DNA of 63,428 bases, the filler included, from Craspedostauros australis (taxonomy: Eukaryota): assembly GCA_030167865.1 (NCBI GenBank). It is 14 parts of 14 records of this genome, joined end to end, with 100 filler letters (N's around TTAATTAATTAA, not from the genome) between each part and the next. Parts side by side here need not be neighbours in the genome. Positions count along the whole stretch, not along the records: positions 10,755 to 39,021 come from JALAGF010000938.1; positions 39,122 to 40,465 come from JALAGF010000941.1; positions 40,566 to 43,630 come from JALAGF010000942.1; positions 43,731 to 46,389 come from JALAGF010000943.1; 10 more parts are not named here. One strand, 5' to 3'. The notes below the pieces were generated by a model. The model worked only from the letters and a program-made list of their open reading frames with translations. It ran no database searches and was not told the DNA's origin. Both the position numbers and the translations under genes were made by a program. Of this stretch, positions 35,601 to 43,731 are shown piece by piece (the first letter of the stretch is position 1; every line of letters begins with the position of its first letter).

Positions 35601-35787
35601 CCGCCCCGAGGATAAGACGGGGGCTTTCCCATCTGCACCGGCACAAGGCGCGCCGCAAAGGCAGCCCGATGTGCAATCGAAGCGACTAGATACGGCCCGC
35701 AAGGCGGAGGACCTTGCTGCCATTCGACTGGACTCGATGATGTACGCCATGTCCACCACCCACGTTGACAACCAGGCAGAGATATAA
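29674..35787 (+). CDS. Large (2037 aa) intronless, mostly disordered hypothetical protein
   Basis: 6.1-kb uninterrupted ORF rich in S/P/Q/D/E, with short Trp-containing islands, two of which are internal repeats. Confidence 0.85.
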   Translation: MVNILRRRRRKAQNVKVQPDTEEDFNGSHNINTNANINTNGMEYEGDSPHAEPATVSDDEMDVEPSDVPDVAVISESSSFEDGDLPSLTPKGSNLSQSHSHSQPSGPKGGRLINGQRTTTRPLSPPSLAGLPSHSSDADHANNATAAHNSPNTPGTATTTATATTAATATRNGIDHASDNNINNDNYDFNFPHTEIEGDDMPDDELMSRSPRRRLMDDRSKQDDETYVSGDSSGYRAMAGGLPDSDGLCESTINAFQNICNGSTAQTTSPARAARPSLGDPEEDEDIHRESRYKLPASATMDVPLGAEEQTAIEVEYVDPRGLAPNNAEPAIQAPAGFTPQRKNAYLAAMAQKAREDYSKSNAATGKSRSAASSPPEATPFAASTIAGSSGFPSVDEEEAAMQENLYGTFSAAEKRKFLRLINSGLTPANSTQQVIDERQHGVEEDPLSPRSDYGMSSPRSLASNKKEQAPHVQRHLQLPSMEPELTKSPRSAADDKQKPSSEFAPSGITYYDAVRKERSFDVSAEEEDEDQQTKKPRKGLLGIFGRGRTEEKKNDFAPLQEQASEDSLDNVMGKPVSPRPNDEQTTTISHPVSPLTPSTPSKLDKDNDNDNANADADNKNDDGMDTDDDIGDFDGAGLEMPALREPPPSPPSASPPLSSEEKEDESDHAEEDESYGEVDGRVANDPAPVSRSTAQQPAVMVTPDEKVASPAMQSADAFLARVAAEETQPIGMPKSPAQQQQQQSRHKEELGTAQVELESKLDLDIETYMNSTDMFSTMGGSTVGGGGRTIRSSDQSVMSYRTTGTAMTTNTVSTRVRRPGAAKTRMASTRSVSAATKPTDAPVVRKKTGWHETMKAAAANTNRQWYPQLGWVDYTNPDDTLTSQPVDPPSTEKLHINLDLKSKRTREAELARQQQEEEEQAEAVEVPFPANWAKERSEMLLPTQARLQAAIKANGGSMEQARSVNTSVASRSVASRSVIISSNENDPLSPFTPEELKMLPEEELPVPLLQRPLTPQRSHAHHARRVPPQRRTIESSQRSPSRNRGWVESMKAATANLKSENGAKWDPDLGWLGLQKEENETVDLGMGAVLAPQTEPEPAQSQSRTLLRPIPMRADKAHTQPPQAMEQAPMKPRELYQDQNRDQRQHELKSVKSIESSDPVLATRSYDFGMQMDAEPQSHTELVQPPVEQQQQQRMDPPADVAPTETVAAEAAAASAATALAEKEIVSPKQFLLDNKEDVIMAVPHTRQQAGADAFEELSSFQKTESVVNSERKLSNPLTGHSHRSGGSGLSSDRKKDGVSRYIQIGDTGSVKSHYHVEGKDVTHDIKQQRKQESATFDAFANKTRGAPTRLEQLDERSELSSVMVDVVKEKVDPDEAGMFSTSGASKGKKASRSNGAAGQPVPSSNNSFDNGTDFSWDNDSFLTANVEPSSTKEQAKTALSPSQGTPQSPLLNGGSRSERRKSRSKTTMSVKEPVMNLGNGKSFDTTSTTSRSIPLLRGPKRDTSPIRKQPKEISATNIQQRQQQKPVVDVEAAATSQVLMMARQNPPPPPPAAPLRPEQPQGRAPPPQQEQRMGRSAPTHGHADDDAKTHHSNASSVVKLRAQQWELRATNSNDEADKLEPEIAEIAGTTEWKSFLLKKAQKDTAALGPGQQQSATGLNAEKLKQLHQSTQGPRKSKDNDSIFDFAVGKTPTQTTRGMPMKAPAHDKAPDEAFEAVSDISPIKVREEYETVASESSTGQPGVTSSLLQRLQACAGPILPRSINNNEDPNCNSVPMAHLAFLRTNPATSNSYSSGQNLAPPNFCGRPDVIIEGDEDDDERYNDSNDDETDDDTEMDSRISAQLRAREKRSASRSRSRPRAGSPRKASSDISSVISEEMGGTTAYIERIAMKAAVSGSGSKKSRRRAAPPSDVGSATSSQHSEKWQQFLDRKAASGRSISGSRSSTHSVSKAAKIYTSGKVDEMMNRMRSKSAPRTRPEDKTGAFPSAPAQGAPQRQPDVQSKRLDTARKAEDLAAIRLDSMMYAMSTTHVDNQAEI

Positions 35788-36085
35788 GTCAGCATCTGCA
35801 GACGGCGTGGCATGGCACGTCAAGCTACCGGCGTCATGATTGTGATACTCTATGTGACATACTCGTAATGTGATGACGCAGTACAGATAGATGGAGGATA
35901 ATACTAATAGATGTTTTGTGATGCGAAGCAACGGTGCCTCGAGTAAAACATGAGCATGCATTCTATGTATGGAGAGTGATCAACATGGCGAACGTATGCC
36001 ATTGGTACATTGCACAAAAGGGGCAATTCGTTTGACTCAGCATATCTCTCTGTGGTACCGTAGCATGCGTCCGACTTGAGCCTCG

Positions 36086-37627
36086 TCAGGACGTGCGAGT
36101 AGCATCCCGGACCACCGTGTGGTTGGCGAGATCCACTTCGATAACCTCGTAATCTTCAAGATCGTCATCCTGTTCGTCTGTTGCGATGCACAGGATGTCA
36201 TCGCGGACAATATCGCAGAGGGCCCTCACGCACACATCGCCATCCTTCACCAATTCGCAGTTCGGCTCCAGACTCCTTGGCAAATCCTCCGGAATCGCTT
36301 CCCCCTCTAAGACGATCTGCCCCTTCCGGAAATCTGTTTTGGCGATCGCTCTTGGGTCGATGGCTTCAGCACCGTTGCATTCTTCATCGTTGACGATACT
36401 GTCGCTGTCGCTATCGTCATCATCATCTTCATCCACTTGGGATAACAGAATTAGGGCATCATGCTTCCGGATGCACCGTGTCGCAATCAGAACGAATTCG
36501 GTCTCCTCGTCATCGTCATCGTCACCGATCTCTGCCATCACGCAGTTGGCTACCTCTTCATCCGCATCTTTTGGCAAATCGAACCCATCCGGCATGTCCT
36601 TTTCTTCCAGCACAATATCGTTCAACTCGTAGTCGTGACGTGCGGGCGTTGGCAGATAGAAATCTCGCGCCAAACTGACCGAGACGGCTGCCGCCTCGTC
36701 GCTTGATGCAGGCGCTTCCAGCTTGGTTTGATGATACCAGGATCGCGTATTGAGAATGAATAGATCGCCAGGTTGCACGGAAAGCACGAGTCTGTAATTC
36801 CCGGTTGTGCTGGATCGCTGGGCTTGCGGAAGGAGAGATAGATCTGGCAACGTCGCACCTCCGACCTCCCAATCCGCCGCCTTTGGATTGGGACGGATGA
36901 TCCAAGTCTTACACCCCGAGAGCTGAATGTGCCACGTCCCGGAGTGGGTCACGTCATCGACATGTTCGGCGCGTCCTGTGAGTTCTGCACCTGTTCTGGT
37001 ATATTTCGTCGCGTTGTCGTCATTGCTGTTGGCGGTACAAGCGTCCATCCTTTGCCTCTTGTTGGACGTATGGCCCGCTCGACCGAGGAAAAGCCAAGCT
37101 CCACCATCATGTATGGTAGTTCTGAGGATTGGAGGAACACCTGCAGGTTCATTTTCGTTTCCACCAACGCTGCTGCTCACAGTGTGATCCCACTTCGCGC
37201 AGCTGTCAAGGAGGTCTGTCAATGCCTCTTTGTTGGATTTGTGAATGATCGTTGACACGTAGAATCGCCGACCGTCTCGCTGTTGTTTGGGTATCATGGA
37301 AAAGACAGCCTCCGGATTCAAAGATTGATCAGAGCTGAAATCACCAGCATTCTCGACGGACCAGTTCTTCTGGTAAGATGCAGCATGCTTGTCGTATTGC
37401 TCTTTTAAGAGCTGCACGGCATCGTTCGATTTGGTCGGACCGCGAGCATTTCTGCTTCCTTGGTTCCGACCGATGATGCTCGGACAATGCATCCACAGAT
37501 ATCCGTGTTGTCGGTATCGATTCAGCGCATCTTCCGCGCTCAACCTCGTTTCGATTCTTTCGAAGGCAAATTGGCATGATGACGCCGACTCTTTCCCACC
37601 AACGCTCTCATCTCTTGCTTGGCTCAT
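36086..37627 (-). CDS. JmjC/cupin Fe(II)-2OG oxygenase with two C-terminal degenerate SET-like modules
   Basis: Motifs WLFLG, EHVD (HxD), WHIQLSGCKTW and VQPGDLFILNTRSWYHQT (third His). ATG at 37627. Confidence 0.82.
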   Translation of the reverse strand: MSQARDESVGGKESASSCQFAFERIETRLSAEDALNRYRQHGYLWMHCPSIIGRNQGSRNARGPTKSNDAVQLLKEQYDKHAASYQKNWSVENAGDFSSDQSLNPEAVFSMIPKQQRDGRRFYVSTIIHKSNKEALTDLLDSCAKWDHTVSSSVGGNENEPAGVPPILRTTIHDGGAWLFLGRAGHTSNKRQRMDACTANSNDDNATKYTRTGAELTGRAEHVDDVTHSGTWHIQLSGCKTWIIRPNPKAADWEVGGATLPDLSLLPQAQRSSTTGNYRLVLSVQPGDLFILNTRSWYHQTKLEAPASSDEAAAVSVSLARDFYLPTPARHDYELNDIVLEEKDMPDGFDLPKDADEEVANCVMAEIGDDDDDEETEFVLIATRCIRKHDALILLSQVDEDDDDDSDSDSIVNDEECNGAEAIDPRAIAKTDFRKGQIVLEGEAIPEDLPRSLEPNCELVKDGDVCVRALCDIVRDDILCIATDEQDDDLEDYEVIEVDLANHTVVRDATRTS

Positions 37628-38726
37628 TCTTCTGTTGCGTTGTGGGTGGACGAGCGCGAAGAGTGGTGTGACAGATGACGGATGTGGGAAAGTTGGTGAG
37701 GAACAAATGAACAAGTGAGTGCTCGAAGGTACTCTGAGCACGTATGTACCAACTGGGCCGATGTTGGTGGTGAAGATCTCATTCTTTTTGGCTGGATGAC
37801 GAAAAAAGTGACAACTGTCATGTAGGGTTGACGTACAGACATGCACGACTTGTGTGTGTGTTACAATGACTGTTTACGACACATATGACAGTTGAAAATA
37901 CATCAGAGACAACGGTCGTTGAACAAGCTGTCAATTGTGAAGAGAACATGCAACGGTCTGTACTTTCAGAGTCAATACTTTTCGTGAAGTACACACTCTT
38001 GAGAGGTTTCCACGTGTCGTTTTCACGAATTGGCGACTTGGCGCATTGGCATCTCGCGAGACCGAGCGTGCACGCTCCTTGGTTCCGACGCTCGGAGAGC
38101 GACACGTGTACAATTATACGTACTGTCCGTACTATTGCGTTGAGAGACCACGAACTGAAGAACATTCGTGAACGACTTGCTTCGCCTATCGCGCCGGCCA
38201 TTCTTGGAAAGCCGGGCACGCTGTCGCCAAAGTCAATTCCCTTCACATTTTCAGATGACACGCCGTTGTCCGCAAAAGCAACTTAACACCTGACATCAAC
38301 ATCGGTAAATCGAAGCGACAACCGACAACCAAATGTTCGTGGTTGCCAGTACCAATACGTACGCTGTGTCCCAGCAACAATGACAACAATGCTCTCCTTC
38401 AACAAGATCCATGAAAGGAATTGTGTGGTGGCAGCTCCAACTCCAACACTCGTGCACGAGTAGAAAAGTGATCCGCACAACGAAATGAGTATTGGAAGAG
38501 CTGTATCAACAGTGTCAACGGGTATCGACGGTGTCAATAACGTACAATCACAAGGCAAACGCCACACAAACAACACCCAAACACCAACAAACACCAACAA
38601 AGATCGTCAACTCAAATCGACTTCCACTCTTCACTCCTCCTTCATCTCACAATCTCAAATCTTGCAATCTCTGCAACGCTCAATCACAGCAACAACCAGA
38701 GTATCGACACAACAACAACAAACAAG

Positions 38727-39021
38727 ATGGATCCCGTTCAGCTCGTCAAGTCGGTGTACTCCACCGGACTCCTCATCTTCTCGATCACCATCGTCTGCGG
38801 ACTCATCTTCAATGAGCAGACCAAGGTNTCGTCCGAGGTCCACCCAGTGGTCGCCTTGGTCGTCATGATCACGGCCCTCGTGTGGCTCAACATGGTTGAG
38901 GGAGGACAGGGTTCCCTCGTCGGTCTCCCACCAGTCAACCGCGACCTCTACGTCGAATCCCACCCAACCGCCCACCAGTGCACCTCCCTCGCCCACAAGG
39001 GTGACAACCTCGATCGCTACC
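38727..39021 (+). CDS. SIT: Diatom silicon transporter, 5' fragment (truncated at contig end)
   Basis: YS.GLLIFS...GLIF.EQTK, HP...WLNMVEGGQGSLVGL (first GxQ motif), LY.ESHP and KGDNLDRY. Confidence 0.95.
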
Positions 39022-39820
39022 NNNNNNNNNNNNNNNNNNNNNNNNNNNNNNNNNNNNNNNNNNNNTTAATTAATTAANNNNNNNNNNNNNNNNNNNNNNN
39101 NNNNNNNNNNNNNNNNNNNNNCTGTCTGTTCTGAAAAATTATGACTGTGCGGAGCGGTCATTTGCTCAACAAGGATCCTACTCGTTGTTTGTGCGGTATC
39201 GTCTGGGAGCAGGGGAAAATGCTGACATATTGACAGCGGCTGGGAAAATGCACTCATTTAGCGCAATTTTATGCCGCTCATTTCCCAGGACTAAAAAACG
39301 AGTCCCATTGCATTTGTCACGGATCTTTGGCAGCAACAACTGGGACCATTTGCTGAGTTTTGATTAGTACCAACATGGGGAACCATCATAGTGGTTGTCA
39401 TTTCCACCGACGCACATGTCGGTGAAATACTCGGCCGATACTGCGACCGCAATTTTGACGCAACTGTCACTACTGATTTCGATGCGTTGGTACTCCCATG
39501 ACGAACATGTTACTATGGATTTAAGCACGGTGCAGTTCAGTTGAGATGATGTGTTATCTTTGGTGGCTATTTCATTGCTGGTTTACTACGTTCTTTTTTT
39601 GGTTGTTTTTGTATTTGTGGGGGTTTTGTGCTGTTTGCCTCTGTTGGCTGTTTGTGGCGATTGCTGTTTCTTTTCATAGTGGTTGTTGTCCGTTGTTCCT
39701 TTCTCTTGGCTCTGTTGCTTGTGCTCACTCTTTCTTTTCATAGTTGGTGCTGTCCGTTGTTCCTTTCTCTTGGCTCTGTTGATTGTGCTTTCTTTTCATC
39801 GTTGGTGCTGTCCGTTGTTC

Positions 39821-40465
39821 TCACTCTTTCTCTTCATAGTTGGTGCTGTTGCTTGTGCTCTCGTCGTTGCTGCTGCTTTCTTCGTCAGTGCTCTCTTCGG
39901 ATGCACCTGGCTGTGGGGGCGCGTTGCCTGCTGCTCTTGCCATGGCAGCAGCTGCTGCTGCTATGGCTGTCGCACGTGGCTGCGGGGGCACATTGGCCGC
40001 CATCGCGACTCCTGTGGTGGTTGGTGTGTTGACTGCTGCTGCCACGCCTGGCTGTGGGGGCGCGTTGGCCGCCGTCTCGACGGCGGTGGTGGTTGGTGTG
40101 TTGGCTGCTGCTCTTGCCATGGCAGCTGCAGCTGCCAAGGCTGCCATATCTGGGAGCCGGGGCGCGTTGGCCGCCGTCTCGACTCCGGTGTTGGTTGGTG
40201 NNNNNNNNNNNNNNNNNNNNNNNNNNCTGGCTGGTGCTGCGGAAGCAGCTACCATTGGGCGTGTGGACACCGCGGTGGGTGGGTCCTTGCGCTGCTTTGT
40301 TGCAGCAACGCACCCATGGTTCCAGTTGGGTGCGTTGCCGGTGGGGCGGGGACCGCCATGGTGAGAGGCGGTCCCAACGTGGTGGCGTGTGTTGTTGTTG
40401 GATGGTGTTGTGTTGGGGTGGTTTTGGTTTTTGTGGTTGTTGTTGTGGGCTGGAGAGACGGAATC
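39821..40465 (-). CDS. Low-complexity Ala/Pro/Thr repeat ORF fragment (AANAPPQPG units), 5'-truncated
   Basis: Frame open from the contig edge, with ~4 imperfect repeats and an internal N gap. Followed by decayed ~57-60-bp repeats at 39668-39850. Confidence 0.35.
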   Translation of the reverse strand, partial: DSVSPAHNNNHKNQNHPNTTPSNNNTRHHVGTASHHGGPRPTGNAPNWNHGCVAATKQRKDPPTAVSTRPMVAASAAPAXXXXXXXXXXPTNTGVETAANAPRLPDMAALAAAAAMARAAANTPTTTAVETAANAPPQPGVAAAVNTPTTTGVAMAANVPPQPRATAIAAAAAAMARAAGNAPPQPGASEESTDEESSSNDESTSNSTNYEEKE

Positions 40466-40581
40466 NNNNNNNNNNNNNNNNNNNNNNNNNNNNNNNNNNN
40501 NNNNNNNNNTTAATTAATTAANNNNNNNNNNNNNNNNNNNNNNNNNNNNNNNNNNNNNNNNNNNNTCCGATTTCGGGAAAA

Positions 40582-42243
40582 ATGTACCAGTATGCTGGGC
40601 TGCCCATGGGATCTAGCCAATCACCGGCTATCGCATGCAGGCTAGGAACCGCTTTCCTCCGACGACTACGCGAGCATTCTCCGATATACCAAGGCACTCA
40701 ACGCTCTAATATGTGGTGGACCGCATTCGANCAAGGCCTGGACTATGACCATACCAGAGGACAGGGACTTGTGGCCNTCGGATCCGACGGATTGCCCGCC
40801 GCTCTCGTGTGGGCCCACTGTGATGACTTCATCATCCATGGACCCACACGCCACAAGACCGCAGCGGCATTGTCGGCCTTCCTTGACCTATCGGTGGACT
40901 GTGGCCTACTCTGTCACCCTGGCAAGCTCACACCACCCAGCCAGGTCGTCAAGTACACTGGACTGATTTTCGACACCATGAGCACACCACGCCTACGCAT
41001 CCCTCCGCTGAAACGAGACAAGATCATCGCGGTGTTGGACTACATCGAAGCCACACCCACAAGAGTCTCCCGACTCGCCCTCGCGGTTCTGGCGGGCATG
41101 TTGGAGAGCGTAGCCGAGGCCACACCATCATACCTCGGTCGCAACTACCTGCGGGCTCTCTACGCACTCGTCCATCCCGGCGAATGGGACCAACCTGATC
41201 TACCAAACTTCAGCTACACAGCTCTCACCCATGCAGTCACACAAGACCTCCAATGGTGGCGATCAGCGCTCACCAACGACACCGCTCGAAGCGGTCGCGC
41301 AACCCGCACCGGCATCCTTGTCAGCAGCTTTGGAGACGGCAGTGGCACAGGCACTGGTGACACCATCCTCTTCCCCAGTCAACCCTCATGCATGTGGATG
41401 GGCACGTGGTCCTCCCTTGTGGCCACACGCCACTCATCCAACTGGAAGGAGCTGCGCACCTTGCTCAGCACTCTACAGCAGGTCGCCAACAACCCAGCAT
41501 CCGCCACCGACGTCTTCGGCGCCACCTTCTTCTACTTCACCGACAACATGTGCACCTACTGTGTTGTCGATGGAGGCACTTCCACATCACCGGAACTGCA
41601 CAAGATGGTNNNNNNNNNNNNNNNNNNNNNNNNNNNCCTGTCGTGCCACCTCCAAGTCATCCACATCCCCGGCACCGCCATCATCACAGAAGGGACGGAC
41701 GGACTCAGCCGTGGGATCTGGATTAATGCGGCACATCAGAGACCGACCTCATCGCAGATCCTATCCGCATGTCTGGCCCCGGCACCACTCCAACAACGGC
41801 ATGTCTCCCGGATCGCGTCCCTTGCTTTCCCCGACACCCTCACGACCGTACTCCTACGTCGATGGGACCGCCCATGGAACCCAGAGAGCTGCATGAACTG
41901 CATCACCCTGTGGGCTCCGCCGCCAGAACTAGCCTATCAGCTGATCTACTTCCTGCTGGGGTGCTGGGCGGAGCAACCATTGGATACCGGATTCGTTGTC
42001 CTCGTCCCCAGAGTGCTCCAACGCACTTTTGTCCAACTCTCACGTCATCTCATCCGGGTTGGGGTGTTCACCAACGACGACCTGTCTCTCTCTTCTTCTT
42101 CTCCTCTCAACATTCCTAACCTCCTCCTCCGCGTCTCTCCACACACTCGTTCTCTCACGCCTCCCAGATTGGACTTTGCTCCCCGCTCCCGGAATTGGCG
42201 GCATCACCAACGGATCGCCGAGCGTTTGCACGGGCTGTGCTAG
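40582..42243 (+). CDS. RT / RNase H / methyltransferase-like polyprotein (5'-truncated)
   Basis: YQY..LPMG..QSP, WAHCDDFII and KYTGLIFDT; RNase H FGDGSG..SSNWKEL..FTDN..HIPG..DGLSRG; then LWAPPP...FVVLVP. Confidence 0.9.
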   Translation: MYQYAGLPMGSSQSPAIACRLGTAFLRRLREHSPIYQGTQRSNMWWTAFXQGLDYDHTRGQGLVAXGSDGLPAALVWAHCDDFIIHGPTRHKTAAALSAFLDLSVDCGLLCHPGKLTPPSQVVKYTGLIFDTMSTPRLRIPPLKRDKIIAVLDYIEATPTRVSRLALAVLAGMLESVAEATPSYLGRNYLRALYALVHPGEWDQPDLPNFSYTALTHAVTQDLQWWRSALTNDTARSGRATRTGILVSSFGDGSGTGTGDTILFPSQPSCMWMGTWSSLVATRHSSNWKELRTLLSTLQQVANNPASATDVFGATFFYFTDNMCTYCVVDGGTSTSPELHKMXXXXXXXXXXLSCHLQVIHIPGTAIITEGTDGLSRGIWINAAHQRPTSSQILSACLAPAPLQQRHVSRIASLAFPDTLTTVLLRRWDRPWNPESCMNCITLWAPPPELAYQLIYFLLGCWAEQPLDTGFVVLVPRVLQRTFVQLSRHLIRVGVFTNDDLSLSSSSPLNIPNLLLRVSPHTRSLTPPRLDFAPRSRNWRHHQRIAERLHGLC

Positions 42244-43630
42244 GAGCATCAATCGGCACACCGCCGCGCACCAGTGTCACTTCGCAGACAGCGGATTCAC
42301 TCACGACGGCATCTCCTACCAACCATGCCACATCCGATACCACAAACTGTGCTGTCGAGCCGGACCTCCCTTCCGCACGCGCCTCCGCAATCATAAGGGC
42401 CTGGTGCTGCCACCCAACCTCAGCATACTGGGTCTCTTTGTCTGTGAGGCATGCACGGTCCGAGTGCACCTCCAGCGGGAACTGATCTCCAGTCCCACAG
42501 ACTATCACCTCCTCCGCTTGGAACGTATGCGCATCATCGACATAGCACACAACTGGGCAGCGGGCACGCTCACCACATACAGCAGCAAGATTCAAGTGTT
42601 GCGCAAGTTCGGTCTGCAATACGGCATCCCGACTATGCAACCGCCCGACATCCAGTCGCCACCCTGCTCTGACACGATCCCAATTATGTGGGCGCAGGAG
42701 CACTACGCCACACAGGCGCCCTCTCGTAAGAGCGCACTCGACGCCCAGACCATCAAGTTCAGCACCGTACGCGGACTACGCAGCGCTGCATCGGCCTTCG
42801 GCATGTGGAATATGTGCATCGCGCATCCCGAACGCGCCATGCTCGACGCCAAACAGCGACCTATCACCGTCGACACATGCCTCCCGACGGACCATCTCGG
42901 GTATTCGATGCTAACACAGGGCATGCGCACGCGACTCGGCGAAGACTCGCGACCTTCGGCCGCCTTGCTCTCTCGTCACATCCACTTCATGGACCGAAGC
43001 TTCCTCCACCAATACCAACATGCGGTCACGCCACAACAGCGACGGACGGCAGCAATGGCGGGCGTCATCAACCTCATGGGCTGGCTGGGATGGCTACGGG
43101 CTGCAGAAACCTTTGGTGTCTCGTGGTCGGATGTCACCATTCTCGACCCACGAGACGCCAGCAACAACGACCTCCCACCGAACACAGGTGCAGTACTGCT
43201 ACGCCTGGCCATGCAGACGAAGTCCGATCGCAGTCGGCAGGCCGACGTCGTCATCGCCTTCCGCACCTCGTCAGGTCTCAGCCTCGGCGACTGGATGCTT
43301 CGCGCGCGAACGGAGCGGGATCACCACGCCCCAACGGACCTCGTGGCTCACCATCCTTTGGGACAGCCATGGACGTCGCAGTTCTACCGCACGACGTTCG
43401 TGTATCCATCCCTGCTGGAGCAACAACAACGCGGCGACACCTTTCTACAATCGGCCATCGGCGCGCAACAAGTGCCCATTCCCACGCGGTTCTACTCGTT
43501 TCACATGTATCGGCGAGGGGGTCGCACCCACGTTTCCCGGAAGCGTCCGGGATGTATGCGAGCGGCCACCAAACTCGAGGTCTCCGAACACGGGCGCTGG
43601 CGACGACAGCGCGCTAACGAGGATATGCCT
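42168..43630 (+). CDS. PHD-like zinc finger plus tyrosine recombinase (3'-truncated)
   Basis: CTGC..C..CHIRYHKLC..FVCEAC; WLRAAE (R), QTKSD (K), HMYRRGG (HxxR) and HGRW. The catalytic Tyr lies beyond the contig end. Start is uncertain (frame open from at least 41996, first ATG 42527). Confidence 0.88.
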
Positions 43631-43731
43631 NNNNNNNNNNNNNNNNNNNNNNNNNNNNNNNNNNNNNNNNNNNNTTAATTAATTAANNNNNNNNNNNNNN
43701 NNNNNNNNNNNNNNNNNNNNNNNNNNNNNNC

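Larger units (their letters stand above)
40566..43630 (+). mobile_element. Tyrosine-recombinase (DIRS/Ngaro-type) retrotransposon, internal fragment
   Basis: RT-RNaseH-MT-like ORF overlapped by a YR ORF in the +1 frame. Both ends are lost at linkers. Confidence 0.92.

Noticed and set aside
29873..35813. Numerous 100-270-aa antisense or alternative-frame ORFs over real genes
   Set aside because: These are shadow ORFs caused by codon bias in GC-rich coding DNA, with no independent motifs.
16494..37627. Biosynthetic gene cluster (EamA + ATP-grasp + methyltransferase + 2OG oxygenase)
   Set aside because: The genes are interleaved with unrelated ones (AMBRA1-like, LRR-like, giant disordered protein), and the MTase and JmjC look protein-directed. 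There is no evidence of co-function.
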